Below are positions 18,822 to 35,913 of a stretch of 64,000 nt of DNA, piece after piece (position 1 is the stretch's first letter; every line of letters begins with the position of its first letter). Under the pieces are notes generated by a model that saw nothing but the letters and a program-made list of their open reading frames with translations, was not told where the DNA came from and did not search any database. A program made the position numbers and the translations under genes. This DNA comes from an uncultured Gammaproteobacteria bacterium (lineage in GTDB: Bacteria; Pseudomonadota; Gammaproteobacteria; CAVZZX01): contig CAVZZX010000003.1 of the NCBI GenBank assembly GCA_963779865.1, forward strand, positions 2,252,274-2,316,273, in the 5' to 3' direction.

Positions 18822-20528
18822 ATGGAGGACCAGCACCAGGGCGAACTGCCCTTACCCTTTCCGGAGCTTTCCGGCGATATGCCGTTGCTCCCGGCGCGCA
18901 TGCTCAACGAGTTCGCCTACTGTCCACGGCTGGCCTACCTGGAGTGGGTACAGGGGGAATGGGCGGATTCAGGGGACACGGTCGAGGGGCGGCATGTGCA
19001 CCGCCGGGTCGACCAGCCGTCCAAGGGCATGCCTTCTGCGGAGGACGCCACGGAGCGCTTCCATGCCCGGTCGATCACACTGTCCTCGAACCGGCTGGGG
19101 CTGATCGCGAAGATGGACCTTATCGAAGGCGACGGCGAGCGGGTCACGCCCGTGGACTACAAGCGGGGCAAACGCCCGCACGTCCCGAAGGGCGCCTACG
19201 AGCCCGAACGTGTGCAACTCTGCGTGCAGGGGCTGATCCTCCAGGAGCACGGCTACACCTGCGCCGAGGGTGTGCTCTACTTCGCCGCCTCGAAGGAGCG
19301 GGTGCGGGTGGTTTTCGACGAGGAGTTGCGGGAGCAGACGCTGGCGGCGGTCAACGGCCTGCGCTTCATCGCCGCCGGCGGGCAGATGCCGCCGCCGCTG
19401 GAAGACAGCCCGAAATGTCCGCGCTGCTCGCTGGTGGGGATCTGCCTGCCGGACGAGGTGAACTATTTCCGCAAGGGTCAGGACAGTCCCCGACCGCTCG
19501 CGGTCGGCCGCGAGGAGGCGATGCCGGTCTACGTGCAGGCCAATCGCGCCAAGGTCACCAAGAAGGGCGAGTTGCTCGAGGTCAGCATCGAAGACAAGCC
19601 CGTTACCACCGCCCGTTTAGCGGAGGTCTCGCAGCTCGCGCTGATGGGCAACGTCTATCTGACCACGCCCTGCCTGCACGAGCTCATGCGCCGCGATATC
19701 CCGGTGAGCTGGCATTCCTTCGGCGGCTGGTTCCTGGGGCACACCGTGGGCACCGGACACAAGAACGTCGAGCTGCGTACCGCGCAGTATCGGGCGAGCT
19801 TCGATCAGCGTGCCTGCCTGCATTTGGCCAAGGGGCTGGTGCAGACCAAGATCCTCAACAGCCGCACACTGCTTCGGCGCAACTGGCGCGGCGAGGACGA
19901 TCCGAAGGCGCTGCTTCAGGACATGCAGCGCGATGCCAGACAGGCGGCCCGTGCGGAGAGCCTCTCCGAGCTGCTTGGCATCGAAGGCGCGGCGGCGGCT
20001 CGCTATTTCGGCCGATTCGACCGACTAATAAAGAAGAACGCGGACACCGAAAGCTTCAGCTTCGACTTCAATCGACGCAACCGGCGCCCGCCGACCGATC
20101 CAGTCAACGCCCTGTTGTCCTACGCCTATACCATTCTGGTGCGGAGCTGGACCGTCGCCCTCTCCGCCGTGGGCTTCGATCCCTATCGCGGCTTTTACCA
20201 CCAGCCACGGTATGGGCGACCGGCACTGGCGCTGGATATGATGGAGCCGTTTCGCCCCTTGATCGCCGAATCGGCGGTGTTGTCCGCCATCAACAATGGC
20301 GAGGTCCGCCCTAGTGACTTCATCGCGGCCGCGGGCAGCGTGGCTCTGACCCCGGACGGCCGCAAGCGGTTCATTGCGGTTGTCGAACGCAGACTCAGTC
20401 AGGAAATCACGCATCCGCTGTTCGGATACAAGGCCAGCTATCGGCGTATTCTCGAGATACAGGCTCGGTTGCTCGGGCGGTATCTACTGGGGGATATACA
20501 GGACTTCCCGGGCTTTACGACGAGGTGA
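18822..20528 (+). CDS. cas4-cas1: Cas4-Cas1 fusion protein
   Basis: The N-terminal Cas4 part has an N-terminal Cys (CPRLAYLEW), a RecB-nuclease DxnExK block (DLIEGDGERVTPVDYKRGK) and a C-terminal CPRCSLVGIC Fe-S motif. The Cas1 part follows (YLTTPCLHELMRRDIPVSWHSFGGWF...). A GGGGGGA ribosome-binding site precedes the ATG at 18822. The six-frame ORF starts at 18714. Confidence 0.9.
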   Translation: MEDQHQGELPLPFPELSGDMPLLPARMLNEFAYCPRLAYLEWVQGEWADSGDTVEGRHVHRRVDQPSKGMPSAEDATERFHARSITLSSNRLGLIAKMDLIEGDGERVTPVDYKRGKRPHVPKGAYEPERVQLCVQGLILQEHGYTCAEGVLYFAASKERVRVVFDEELREQTLAAVNGLRFIAAGGQMPPPLEDSPKCPRCSLVGICLPDEVNYFRKGQDSPRPLAVGREEAMPVYVQANRAKVTKKGELLEVSIEDKPVTTARLAEVSQLALMGNVYLTTPCLHELMRRDIPVSWHSFGGWFLGHTVGTGHKNVELRTAQYRASFDQRACLHLAKGLVQTKILNSRTLLRRNWRGEDDPKALLQDMQRDARQAARAESLSELLGIEGAAAARYFGRFDRLIKKNADTESFSFDFNRRNRRPPTDPVNALLSYAYTILVRSWTVALSAVGFDPYRGFYHQPRYGRPALALDMMEPFRPLIAESAVLSAINNGEVRPSDFIAAAGSVALTPDGRKRFIAVVERRLSQEITHPLFGYKASYRRILEIQARLLGRYLLGDIQDFPGFTTR

Positions 20529-20531
20529 ATC

Positions 20532-20825
20532 GTGGACGAGCACCTGTACGTGGTCACCTACGACATCGCAGACCAGAAGCGCTGGAGGGCGGTCTTCAAG
20601 TTGATGCACGGCTACGGGGAATGGCTGCAGCTTTCCGTGTTTCAGTGCCGACTCAGCCGCAAGCGCCATGCCGAACTGCTCGCCACGCTTGACCAGATCA
20701 TCCATCACGACGAGGATCACATACTGATGCTGGACGTCGGCGCCGCCGAGAACGTCCGGCCAAGAGTCGTCAGTCTCGGAAAGGCAGGCTTCGAGCCCGT
20801 GGACCGCAAGCCGATAATCGTGTGA
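20532..20825 (+). CDS. cas2: Cas2
   Basis: The protein begins VDEHLYVVTYDIADQKRWRAVFKLMHGYGEWLQLSVFQC. It has a GTG start 4 nt after the cas4-cas1 stop. Confidence 0.9.
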   Translation: MDEHLYVVTYDIADQKRWRAVFKLMHGYGEWLQLSVFQCRLSRKRHAELLATLDQIIHHDEDHILMLDVGAAENVRPRVVSLGKAGFEPVDRKPIIV

Positions 20826-21029
20826 TTTTCGCCTTCGGCCTGCGAGCGCTCCGCTGCTGCCGCAATCCCGGGGAGCGCTCGCAGCACCGCAAGTGATTGG
20901 CGAAGCGGAAATTAATCCTCAAAGTGTTGCCCAAAACCTGGCGAAGGGAGGGAATGTGATGGCCTCGCAAGCACAGCGCTCGAAAAGGATGCCTCAAACG
21001 CGCCCCGCCACTGGTCTCCCGTGGAAGCG
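20826..21029 (+). promoter_or_regulatory. CRISPR leader
   Basis: A 204-bp non-coding stretch lies between cas2 and the first repeat and contains an AT-richer segment (gaaattaatcctcaaagtgttgcccaaaacc). The degenerate terminal repeat is at the distal end of the array, which is consistent with this orientation. Confidence 0.5.
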
Positions 21030-23123
21030 GTTATCCGCGGCATAACGCCGCGGCCTCATTGAAGCTTGACGATCTCGTTGCCCAGCTCGTAGAGGCTCTT
21101 GGTTATCCGCGGCATAACGCCGCGGCCTCATTGAAGCTCCGCCGGCAAGCTCGACGCCGAGGCCCTGCCGCTGGGTTATCCGCGGCATAACGCCGCGGCC
21201 TCATTGAAGCGTGATCTCGTTGTCGCGGGCCTGCCGGGTCAGCTGCGTTATCCGCGGCATAACGCCGCGGCCTCATTGAAGCGCATCGCTACTGGCGCGG
21301 CAATTGCCAAGGTCGCCGGCGGTTATCCGCGGCATAACGCCGCGGCCTCATTGAAGCGACGCGAAGCTCGCCGAACAGTGCGCAGCGCCAGCGTTATCCG
21401 CGGCATAACGCCGCGGCCTCATTGAAGCTCATCCTGCTCGGTGTGCTTCGCGGAATGTGCATCCATGTTATCCGCGGCATAACGCCGCGGCCTCATTGAA
21501 GCACCGAGGCTGCACGCACGACGACTGGCGCAGCCTGTGCGTTATCCGCGGCATAACGCCGCGGCCTCATTGAAGCCAACGGGTACACGACTGTCTGCAC
21601 TGAGCCTGTCAGTGTTATCCGCGGCATAACGCCGCGGCCTCATTGAAGCCGGACATTCAGCCGACCGCCGCAAGCCGATGTAGCGCGCGTTATCCGCGGC
21701 ATAACGCCGCGGCCTCATTGAAGCCATGTAGTTCGTCACGATCGGACGCTAATATTCTCACGCGTTATCCGCGGCATAACGCCGCGGCCTCATTGAAGCT
21801 TGTCGTGGTACGCACTCAGGTATTCCCTGGCTGTGGTTATCCGCGGCATAACGCCGCGGCCTCATTGAAGCCGAACCGGCGATCGGCTGGTACCCGGACC
21901 GCTTCTCGGTTATCCGCGGCATAACGCCGCGGCCTCATTGAAGCATGATCGTCCAGGTAATCGCGTCGTCGGAGATCGCCAGTTATCCGCGGCATAACGC
22001 CGCGGCCTCATTGAAGCTTCCGCTACTGGGACGATCCGTGCCAGCCGACGCAAGCGTTATCCGCGGCATAACGCCGCGGCCTCATTGAAGCCAGCAGCGT
22101 GTCAAGCGGCTTTGCGTCGATGGCGATGTTATCCGCGGCATAACGCCGCGGCCTCATTGAAGCGACGGTAGCTATCTCGACTACCACGACGCTCGCGGAC
22201 GTTATCCGCGGCATAACGCCGCGGCCTCATTGAAGCCGCATGCGGCATCGAGGAAGTCGTCGAACAGCGTTCCGGTTATCCGCGGCATAACGCCGCGGCC
22301 TCATTGAAGCGTCGGTACAATGACCGAGTCGCCTAACTAGTAGCGCTCATGTTATCCGCGGCATAACGCCGCGGCCTCATTGAAGCGACGCCTCCGGCGC
22401 CGAGACTTTGCTCGATCAAGGGTTATCCGCGGCATAACGCCGCGGCCTCATTGAAGCGCACGAGATACGCGGTCCTCGACTGTCCCGACGCGGACGTTAT
22501 CCGCGGCATAACGCCGCGGCCTCATTGAAGCGAGCTCCGGATCCGCTCGCACTCGCGCGTCGCGCGACTGTGGTTATCCGCGGCATAACGCCGCGGCCTC
22601 ATTGAAGCACTCCCTTGGCGATTGATCAGGCGCATGTCGCTACGTCACCAGGTTATCCGCGGCATAACGCCGCGGCCTCATTGAAGCATCGCCGAGCGCT
22701 TGAGCAGCGCCACCCTGCCCTTGGTTATCCGCGGCATAACGCCGCGGCCTCATTGAAGCTCCCATTTCACGTAAGCGGGGACATCACCCGTGTACGTGTT
22801 ATCCGCGGCATAACGCCGCGGCCTCATTGAAGCTTGTGTTGTCACTTCTCTGCCTTTCTTTTCGGCCGGCGTTATCCGCGGCATAACGCCGCGGCCTCAT
22901 TGAAGCATGAGCACCAGCGCATCGCCGGAGGCGGCATCCGCGTTATCCGCGGCATAACGCCGCGGCCTCATTGAAGCGCCAGCTATCGTAGCTACCTTGC
23001 GGGCAATGCGGCCGTTATCCGCGGCATAACGCCGCGGCCTCATTGAAGCACCCCGGAGCAGGACGGGCTGCACCAGAACTGGATACGTTATCCGCGGCAT
23101 ATTCGCCGCGGCCTCATTGAGGC
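21030..23123 (+). CRISPR. CRISPR array of 29 repeats of 36 bp (GTTATCCGCGGCATAACGCCGCGGCCTCATTGAAGC) and 28 spacers of 35-39 bp; the terminal repeat is degenerate
   Basis: Repeat starts were read at 21030, 21102, 21175, 21247, 21322, 21394, 21467, 21541, 21614, 21689, 21764, 21836, 21909, 21982, 22056, 22128, 22201, 22275, 22351, 22422, 22496, 22573, 22652, 22724, 22798, 22871, 22942, 23014 and 23087. The last repeat reads gttatccgcggcatattcgccgcggcctcattgaggc. Each repeat contains the palindrome CCGCGGC-ATAAC-GCCGCGG. The ATTGAAGC tail resembles I-C/I-G repeats. Confidence 0.97.
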
Positions 23124-23349
23124 GTTTATACCGAAGCGGGGGGCATGGGGCGAACCGGTCGAGGCGGCTTTAGGCAGTAAGCGGCAGCGGGCGCAATTCC
23201 CGTTTGCGAGCGACCCTTCATCGCGCGCCGCCCCGCGGGCGTAGCGGGCAACCGGAATAGCACCGCGTCATGCAGGCCGCTTCTGGATCATGCGCCGCGC
23301 GCGCGCTGGAGTGAACCCGCGGGGGAGAGTGCGACCCGGCGGCCGGCGA

Positions 23350-30544
<7,195 letters not shown>

Positions 30545-30730
30545 AGCGGGCTTCCCTAAGGTTTTTAAATGGGGTCGGCCTCGCGAATCTACGGGAGGCC
30601 GGCGCGGAAGAAAAGCCGAATGCACTGAAAACACGAGGGATCTGCCCGGAAATACGGGCGCGTCCGGAGCTGCATCAGGGTTATCCCTTAGGGGTTTTCC
30701 CGGGGACGTGCAGGGACACGGCCGCGGCCC

Positions 30731-31504
30731 TCAGGCGGCGAATTCCGCCAGCACCGGGGCATGATCGGAGGGCCGCTCCCAGCGGCGCGGCGCCACGTCG
30801 ATGGTGCTGCTGCGGCAGGACGCGGCCATCGCAGCGCTGGCCAGCACGTGATCGATGCGCAGGCCGCGGTTGCGGCGGAACGCCCCCTGGCGATAGTCCC
30901 ACCAGCTGAACGACGCCTCCTCCTGGTCGAAGAGCCGGAAGGTGTCGACGAGGCCGAGCCCGAAGAGATCGTGCAGCGCGGCGCGCTCGGGTTCGGAAAA
31001 CAGGACCTGACCGTCCCATAGTTCCGGGTCGTGGACATCGCCGGCGGCCGGGGCGATGTTGAAGTCGCCCACGACGACCAGCTTCGCATGCTGCGCGAGT
31101 TGCACCGCGAGGTAATCGTGCAGCTTGCCCAGCCATTGGAGCTTATAGGTGTACTTGTCGCTGCCCACCGAGCCGCCGTTGGGCACGTACAGGTTGATGA
31201 ATCGAATGTCGCCATAAGTGGCGGCGAGCACCCGCCTCTGCGGGTCGGGCATGCCCGGCAGCTCGGTCACCACGTCCTGCGGCGCCGCGTCCAGCCGGCT
31301 GAGGATCGCCACCCCGTTGTACGTCTTCTGGCCGCTGAAGATCACGCGATAGCCGCTCGCCTCGATGTCCGCGAGCGGAAAGGCCTCGTCCCCGCACTTG
31401 GTTTCCTGCAGGCCCAACAGGTCGGGGCGCGCCGCCTCCAGCCATTGCAGCAGGTGCGGCATGCGGACCTTGAGCGAATTGACGTTCCAGGAGGCGATCT
31501 TCAT
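30731..31504 (-). CDS. xthA: exodeoxyribonuclease III
   Basis: The protein begins MKIASWNVNSLKVRMPHLLQWLEAARPDLLGLQETK and is in the AP endonuclease/ExoIII family. Confidence 0.9.
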   Translation of the reverse strand: MKIASWNVNSLKVRMPHLLQWLEAARPDLLGLQETKCGDEAFPLADIEASGYRVIFSGQKTYNGVAILSRLDAAPQDVVTELPGMPDPQRRVLAATYGDIRFINLYVPNGGSVGSDKYTYKLQWLGKLHDYLAVQLAQHAKLVVVGDFNIAPAAGDVHDPELWDGQVLFSEPERAALHDLFGLGLVDTFRLFDQEEASFSWWDYRQGAFRRNRGLRIDHVLASAAMAASCRSSTIDVAPRRWERPSDHAPVLAEFAA

Positions 31505-31563
31505 GAGTGAGCGGCGGCGGCTTTGTCCCGACGGGGGTGTGACATTCTAGCCGATCGGCCGCC

Positions 31564-33607
31564 TCAGGCGGCGATGCCGCTGTGCCGCAGCAGGGCGTCG
31601 ATGCGCGGCTCGCGGCCGCGGAAGGCCACGAACAGCTCCATGGCATCGCGCGAGCCGCCCTGTTCGAGGATGTCGTGCAGGAAGGCGCGGCCGGTATCCG
31701 CATCGAAGATGCCGTTCTCCTCGAACTTGGAGAAGGCGTCGGCCGAGAGCACCTCGGCCCACTTGTAGCTGTAATAGCCCGCCGCATAGCCGCCCGCGAA
31801 GATGTGCGAGAAGCCGTGCTGAAAGCGGTTGTACGCCGGTTGCGGCACCACGGCCACCTCGTCGCGCGCGGCGTCGAGCGTCGCCTGGATGCGCGCCCCG
31901 CGGGTCGGCTCGTACTCCAGGTGCAGGCGAAAGTCGAACAGCGAGAACTCCAGCTGGCGCACCATCTGCATGCCGGCACCGAAATTGCGCGCCGCGTACA
32001 TCTTCTCGTACAACGCCTGGGGCAGGGCCTCGCCGGTCTCGTAATGGCCGCTGATGAGGTCCAGCGCCTCGCGCTCCCAGCACCAGTTCTCCATGAACTG
32101 GCTGGGCAGCTCCACCGCGTCCCAGGCCACGCCGTTGATGCCCGAGACGTCGATGTAATCGACCCGGGTCAGCATGTGGTGCAGACCGTGGCCGAATTCG
32201 TGGAACAGGGTGGTGACCTCATCGTGGGTGAACAGCGCCGGCTTGCCGTCCACCGGCGGGGTGAGGTTGCACACCAGGTAGGCGGCCGGGATCTGCAGCT
32301 GGCCGTCGGCGTGGCGCAGGCGGCCCATGCAGTCGTCCATCCAGGCGCCGCCGCGCTTGCGCGGCGCGCGCGTAGAGGTCAAGATAGAAGCGCCCGCGCA
32401 GCACGCCTTCGGCGTCGCGGATCTCGTAGAAGCGCACGTCCGGGTGCCAGCTCTGCACGCCCTCGACCCGCTCGATGGACACCCCATAGAGGCGCCGCAC
32501 CACCTCGAACATGCCGGGGACGACGCGGCTCTCGGGGAAATAGGGCTTGAGGTCCTCCTGGCTGAAGTCGAAGCGCTGCTCACGCAGCTTCTCCGCGTAG
32601 TAGGCCACGTCCCAGGCCTCCAGCCGCTCCAGGGCGTCGCGTTCGCGGGCAAAGGCCTCCAGGTCCGCGAACTCCCGCTCGGCCTGCGGTTTGGAGCGGT
32701 CGGCCAGGTCGAGCAGGAAGCTGAGCACCTGCGCCGGGTTGTCGGCCATCTTGGTGGCCAGCGAGTACTCGGCGTAGCTGGCGAAGCCGAGCAGCTCGGC
32801 CTCCTCGTGGCGCAGGGCGAGGATCTCCTCCATGAGCGCGCCGTTGTCCCACTGCCCGCCATGGGGCCCGCGCTCGGAGGCGCGCGTGGCGTAGGCCTCG
32901 TGCAGCTCACGGCGCAGGGCGCGATCCTCAGCGAAGCTGATCACGGCGTAATACGAGGGAAAATCCAGCGTCAGCAGCCAGCCCTCCACGCCCTTTTCGC
33001 GCGCCGCCTGCGCCGCCATGGCAAGCGCCGATTCGGGCAGCCCGGCGAGGGCGGCGCGGTCGCTGACCTGCTTGCTCCAGGCATTGGTGGCGTCGAGGAG
33101 GTTCTCCTCGTACTTGGTCCCGAGCTGGGAGAGGCGCTGCTCGATGGCCTTGAAGCGCGCCTTGCGCTCGGCCGAGAGGTCCACACCAGAGAGGTGGAAG
33201 TCGCGCAGGGCGTTGTCGATCACCTTGCGCTGGGCGGTGTCCAGGGCCGCGTACGCCGGCCCGTCCTTGATGCTGCGGTAGGCCGCGTAGAGGCGTTCGT
33301 TCTGGCCGAGCTCGGTGGCGTAATCGCTCAGCCGGGGCAGGCAGGCATTGTAGGCGGCGCGCAGGGCATCGCTGTTGACGACCGCGTTCATATGGCTCAC
33401 GGGCGACCAGATCCGCGCCAGCCGGTCTTCCATCTCCTGGAGCGGTTGCACCAGGTTGGCCCAGGTGAAGGGGGGCTCCTGCGCCAGCAGCCGTTCCAGG
33501 CCGGCGCGGTTGTCCGCCAGCACGGCGTCCACGGCGGGCTCGACGTGGGCGGGCTCGATGGCCGCGAAGGGCGGCAGGTCCTGCATGTCCAGCAGCGGAT
33601 TCGCCAT
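31564..33607 (-). CDS. prlC: oligopeptidase A (M3 family), interrupted by a frameshift at about 32365-32395
   Basis: ORF 32219..33607 carries the N-terminal 460 aa (MANPLLDMQDLPPFAA...RGRFYLDLYAR). The ORF ending at 32910 carries the C-terminal part (KRGGAWMDDCMG...HEFGHGLHHML zinc motif...). The two halves join at a gcgcgcgccgcg run with a 1-nt indel. Confidence 0.8.
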
Positions 33608-33713
33608 GAGTTCCTCTCGAGGCTAGGCAAAACGGCCTCGTAATTTATCATGGGCCGCAGAGGGCCAACAAAAGCGGCGCGCCCCTCCCGCCCACACGCC
33701 CCCCGGAGACCAC

Positions 33714-34715
33714 ATGGAACACGCCGCACACCCCTATGAGTCGCTCACGCCCGACACCGTCCTGGACGCGGTGGAGGCCACGGGCCGCCGCTGCGACGGG
33801 CGGGTACTGGCGCTCAACAGCTACGAGAACCGCGTCTACCAGGTGGGAATCGAGGAGGCCACGCCGATCATTGCCAAGTTCTACCGGCCGGGGCGCTGGT
33901 CGGACGCGGCCATCCTGGAAGAGCACGCCTTCGCCCTCGAGCTGGCCGAGCACGAGATCCCGGTGGTCGCCCCCCTGGCCGACGCGGCCGGGCAGACCAT
34001 GCTGCGCCACGCGGGCTTTCGCTTCGCCCTGTTTCCGCGCCGGGGCGGCCGCGCCCCCGAGCCCGACGACCCCGAGCAGCTCGAGGTGCTCGGGCGCTTC
34101 ATCGGCCGCATTCACGCCGTGGGGGGCATCCGTCCCTTCACGCACCGCGCGCGGCTGACGGTGGAGCGCTTCGGCGAGACCCCCTTGCGCGAACTGCTCG
34201 ACTCGGGCCTCGTGCAGGCGGAGGTGGCGCACAACTACCGGCTTGCCGCCGAGGCGGTGCTCGAAGCGGTGCGCGCCGCCTTCGACATGGTGGGGCCGCT
34301 GCCGCGGCTGCGCCTGCACGGCGACTGCCACCTGGGCAACGTGCTGTGGACCGCCACGGGACCGCACTTCGTGGACCTCGACGACGCGGTGAGCGGGCCT
34401 GCGGTGCAGGATCTGTGGATGCTGCTCTCGGGGACGCGCGCCGATATGGAACGCCAACTGCAGGCGGTGCTCACCGGCTATCGCCAGTTTCGCGACTTCG
34501 ACCCCCTGGAGCTCCACCTGGTCGAGCCGCTGCGCGGCCTGCGCCTCATCAACTACGCCGCCTGGCTGGCACGGCGCTGGGACGACCCGGCCTTCCCCTT
34601 TCACTTTCCCTGGTTCGGCACGCCCCGCTACTGGGAGGAGCAGATGCTCACCCTGCGCGAGCAGCTCGAACGCCTGCAGAGCCCGCCCGCTGGAGCTGCG
34701 TTAAGCGGGCGTTAA
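33714..34715 (+). CDS. srkA: stress-response kinase SrkA/YihE family (protein kinase-like fold)
   Basis: The protein begins MEHAAHPYESLTPDTVLDAVEA...LNSYENRVYQVGIEE and contains the DCHLGNVLW catalytic-loop motif. Confidence 0.8.
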   Translation: MEHAAHPYESLTPDTVLDAVEATGRRCDGRVLALNSYENRVYQVGIEEATPIIAKFYRPGRWSDAAILEEHAFALELAEHEIPVVAPLADAAGQTMLRHAGFRFALFPRRGGRAPEPDDPEQLEVLGRFIGRIHAVGGIRPFTHRARLTVERFGETPLRELLDSGLVQAEVAHNYRLAAEAVLEAVRAAFDMVGPLPRLRLHGDCHLGNVLWTATGPHFVDLDDAVSGPAVQDLWMLLSGTRADMERQLQAVLTGYRQFRDFDPLELHLVEPLRGLRLINYAAWLARRWDDPAFPFHFPWFGTPRYWEEQMLTLREQLERLQSPPAGAALSGR

Positions 34716-34908
34716 TAATTTTCCCCCAAGGAAAGTGAAATAATCCGTTCGCCTTCGGCGACTTTCTCGGCACCAACAGCCGCGCCCAAAGCAGGCACGG
34801 CAAGACGTCGAGGAGGAGAAATGAAACAGCGGACAACGCCTGCCCAGGCCTCCTCGGACCGGATCCCCGCGCTCCATCGAGAGTGCGGATCACCACCGAG
34901 GAGGACCC

Positions 34909-35901
34909 ATGAAACGCAGACAATTCCTGAAGATCGGCGGCGGCGCCGCTGCCGCCCTGGCGGGCGGCGGCGGCGCGCTGACCTGGTCGCGGCGCGCCCG
35001 CGCGCAGGCCGTGCAGCGGACGCTGTACATCACTGACGGCTTCATCGACCAGCCTGACGGCCAGCAGGTCTATTGCGGCTACAGCCGCACCAGCGGCAGC
35101 CTGGGCGTCCCCGCCCGCCCGATGATCGTCCAGGAGGCCGACACGATGGAGATCACGTCGTGAACACCCGGCAGCGCCCACAGCTTCGTCATCGACGGCG
35201 CGGTGGACAGCGGCGCAATCGCAGGCGGGGCGACGCAGACCGTCAGCTTCGCCGCCCCGGCCGCCGGTTCCTACCTGTTCTACGACAGCGTGGACGGGCC
35301 GATGAATCGACTCGCCGGCCTGCACGGCGGCCTGGCGGTGATGCCCGCCGGCAGTGCCAACGAGCTCTATGCGGGCAGTCCGAGCTTCGTGCAGCAGTAT
35401 TTCTGGGTCGTCAACGACATCGACCCGCGCTGGCACGAGGCGGCGCGCACCGGCCGCACACCGCCCTCGGGCTTCGTGCCGCGCTACTTCACCCTCAACG
35501 GCCAGAGCAGCCGCCCGCCCGGCGCCGCCGGCGCCGGCGATCCGGCGGTGGACGCGATGGCCAACCCGAACACCGTGCTGCACGGCAGCATTGGGGATCG
35601 CACCCTCATCCGGCTTCTCAACGCCGGCCTGTGCACCCATTCGGTCCACTGGCACGCGAACCACGTGGAATGGCTCACCGCCAACGGCCAGGTGCGCCCC
35701 GCCGTCTGGCTCAAGGACATCGTGCCGCTGCGCAACAACCGCGGCGGCGCAGACGTGATCTACCCCTACGAGATGCCGCCCGACGCGTGGCCGCCGGTCA
35801 CCACCGGCATGTATCCCATGCACCTGCATGACGAGATGAGCCAGACGGCGGGCGGCGGCTCGTATCTGTTCGGCGCCATGACCGACATCCATTTCGAATA
35901 G
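34909..35901 (+). CDS. Tat-secreted multicopper-oxidase-like protein of about 330 aa with two cupredoxin domains; an in-frame TGA lies at 35161-35163
   Basis: The N-terminus carries a Tat signal (MKRRQFLKIGGGAAAALAGG). HSVHWHANH and MHLHDEM HxH motifs are in the C-terminal domain. No HCH type-1 copper motif is present. The frame continues unchanged across the TGA (..MEITS*TPGSAHSFVIDG..). Confidence 0.55.
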
Positions 35902-35913
35902 GGGGAGATCGAT

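Noticed and set aside
20994-23100. Many 60-75-aa ORFs containing YPRHNAAASLK or MRPRRYAADN peptides
   Set aside because: They are translations of the CRISPR repeats in both orientations and are not genes.
34821-35036. An alternative start (gaggaggagaaATGaaacagcgg) 88 nt upstream of multicopper-oxidase gene 1 that mimics its real start (gaggaggacccATGaaacgcaga)
   Set aside because: It is in a different frame from the Tat-signal ORF and encodes a low-complexity Arg-rich peptide. It is probably a partial duplication of the start region. A small upstream leader ORF cannot be excluded.
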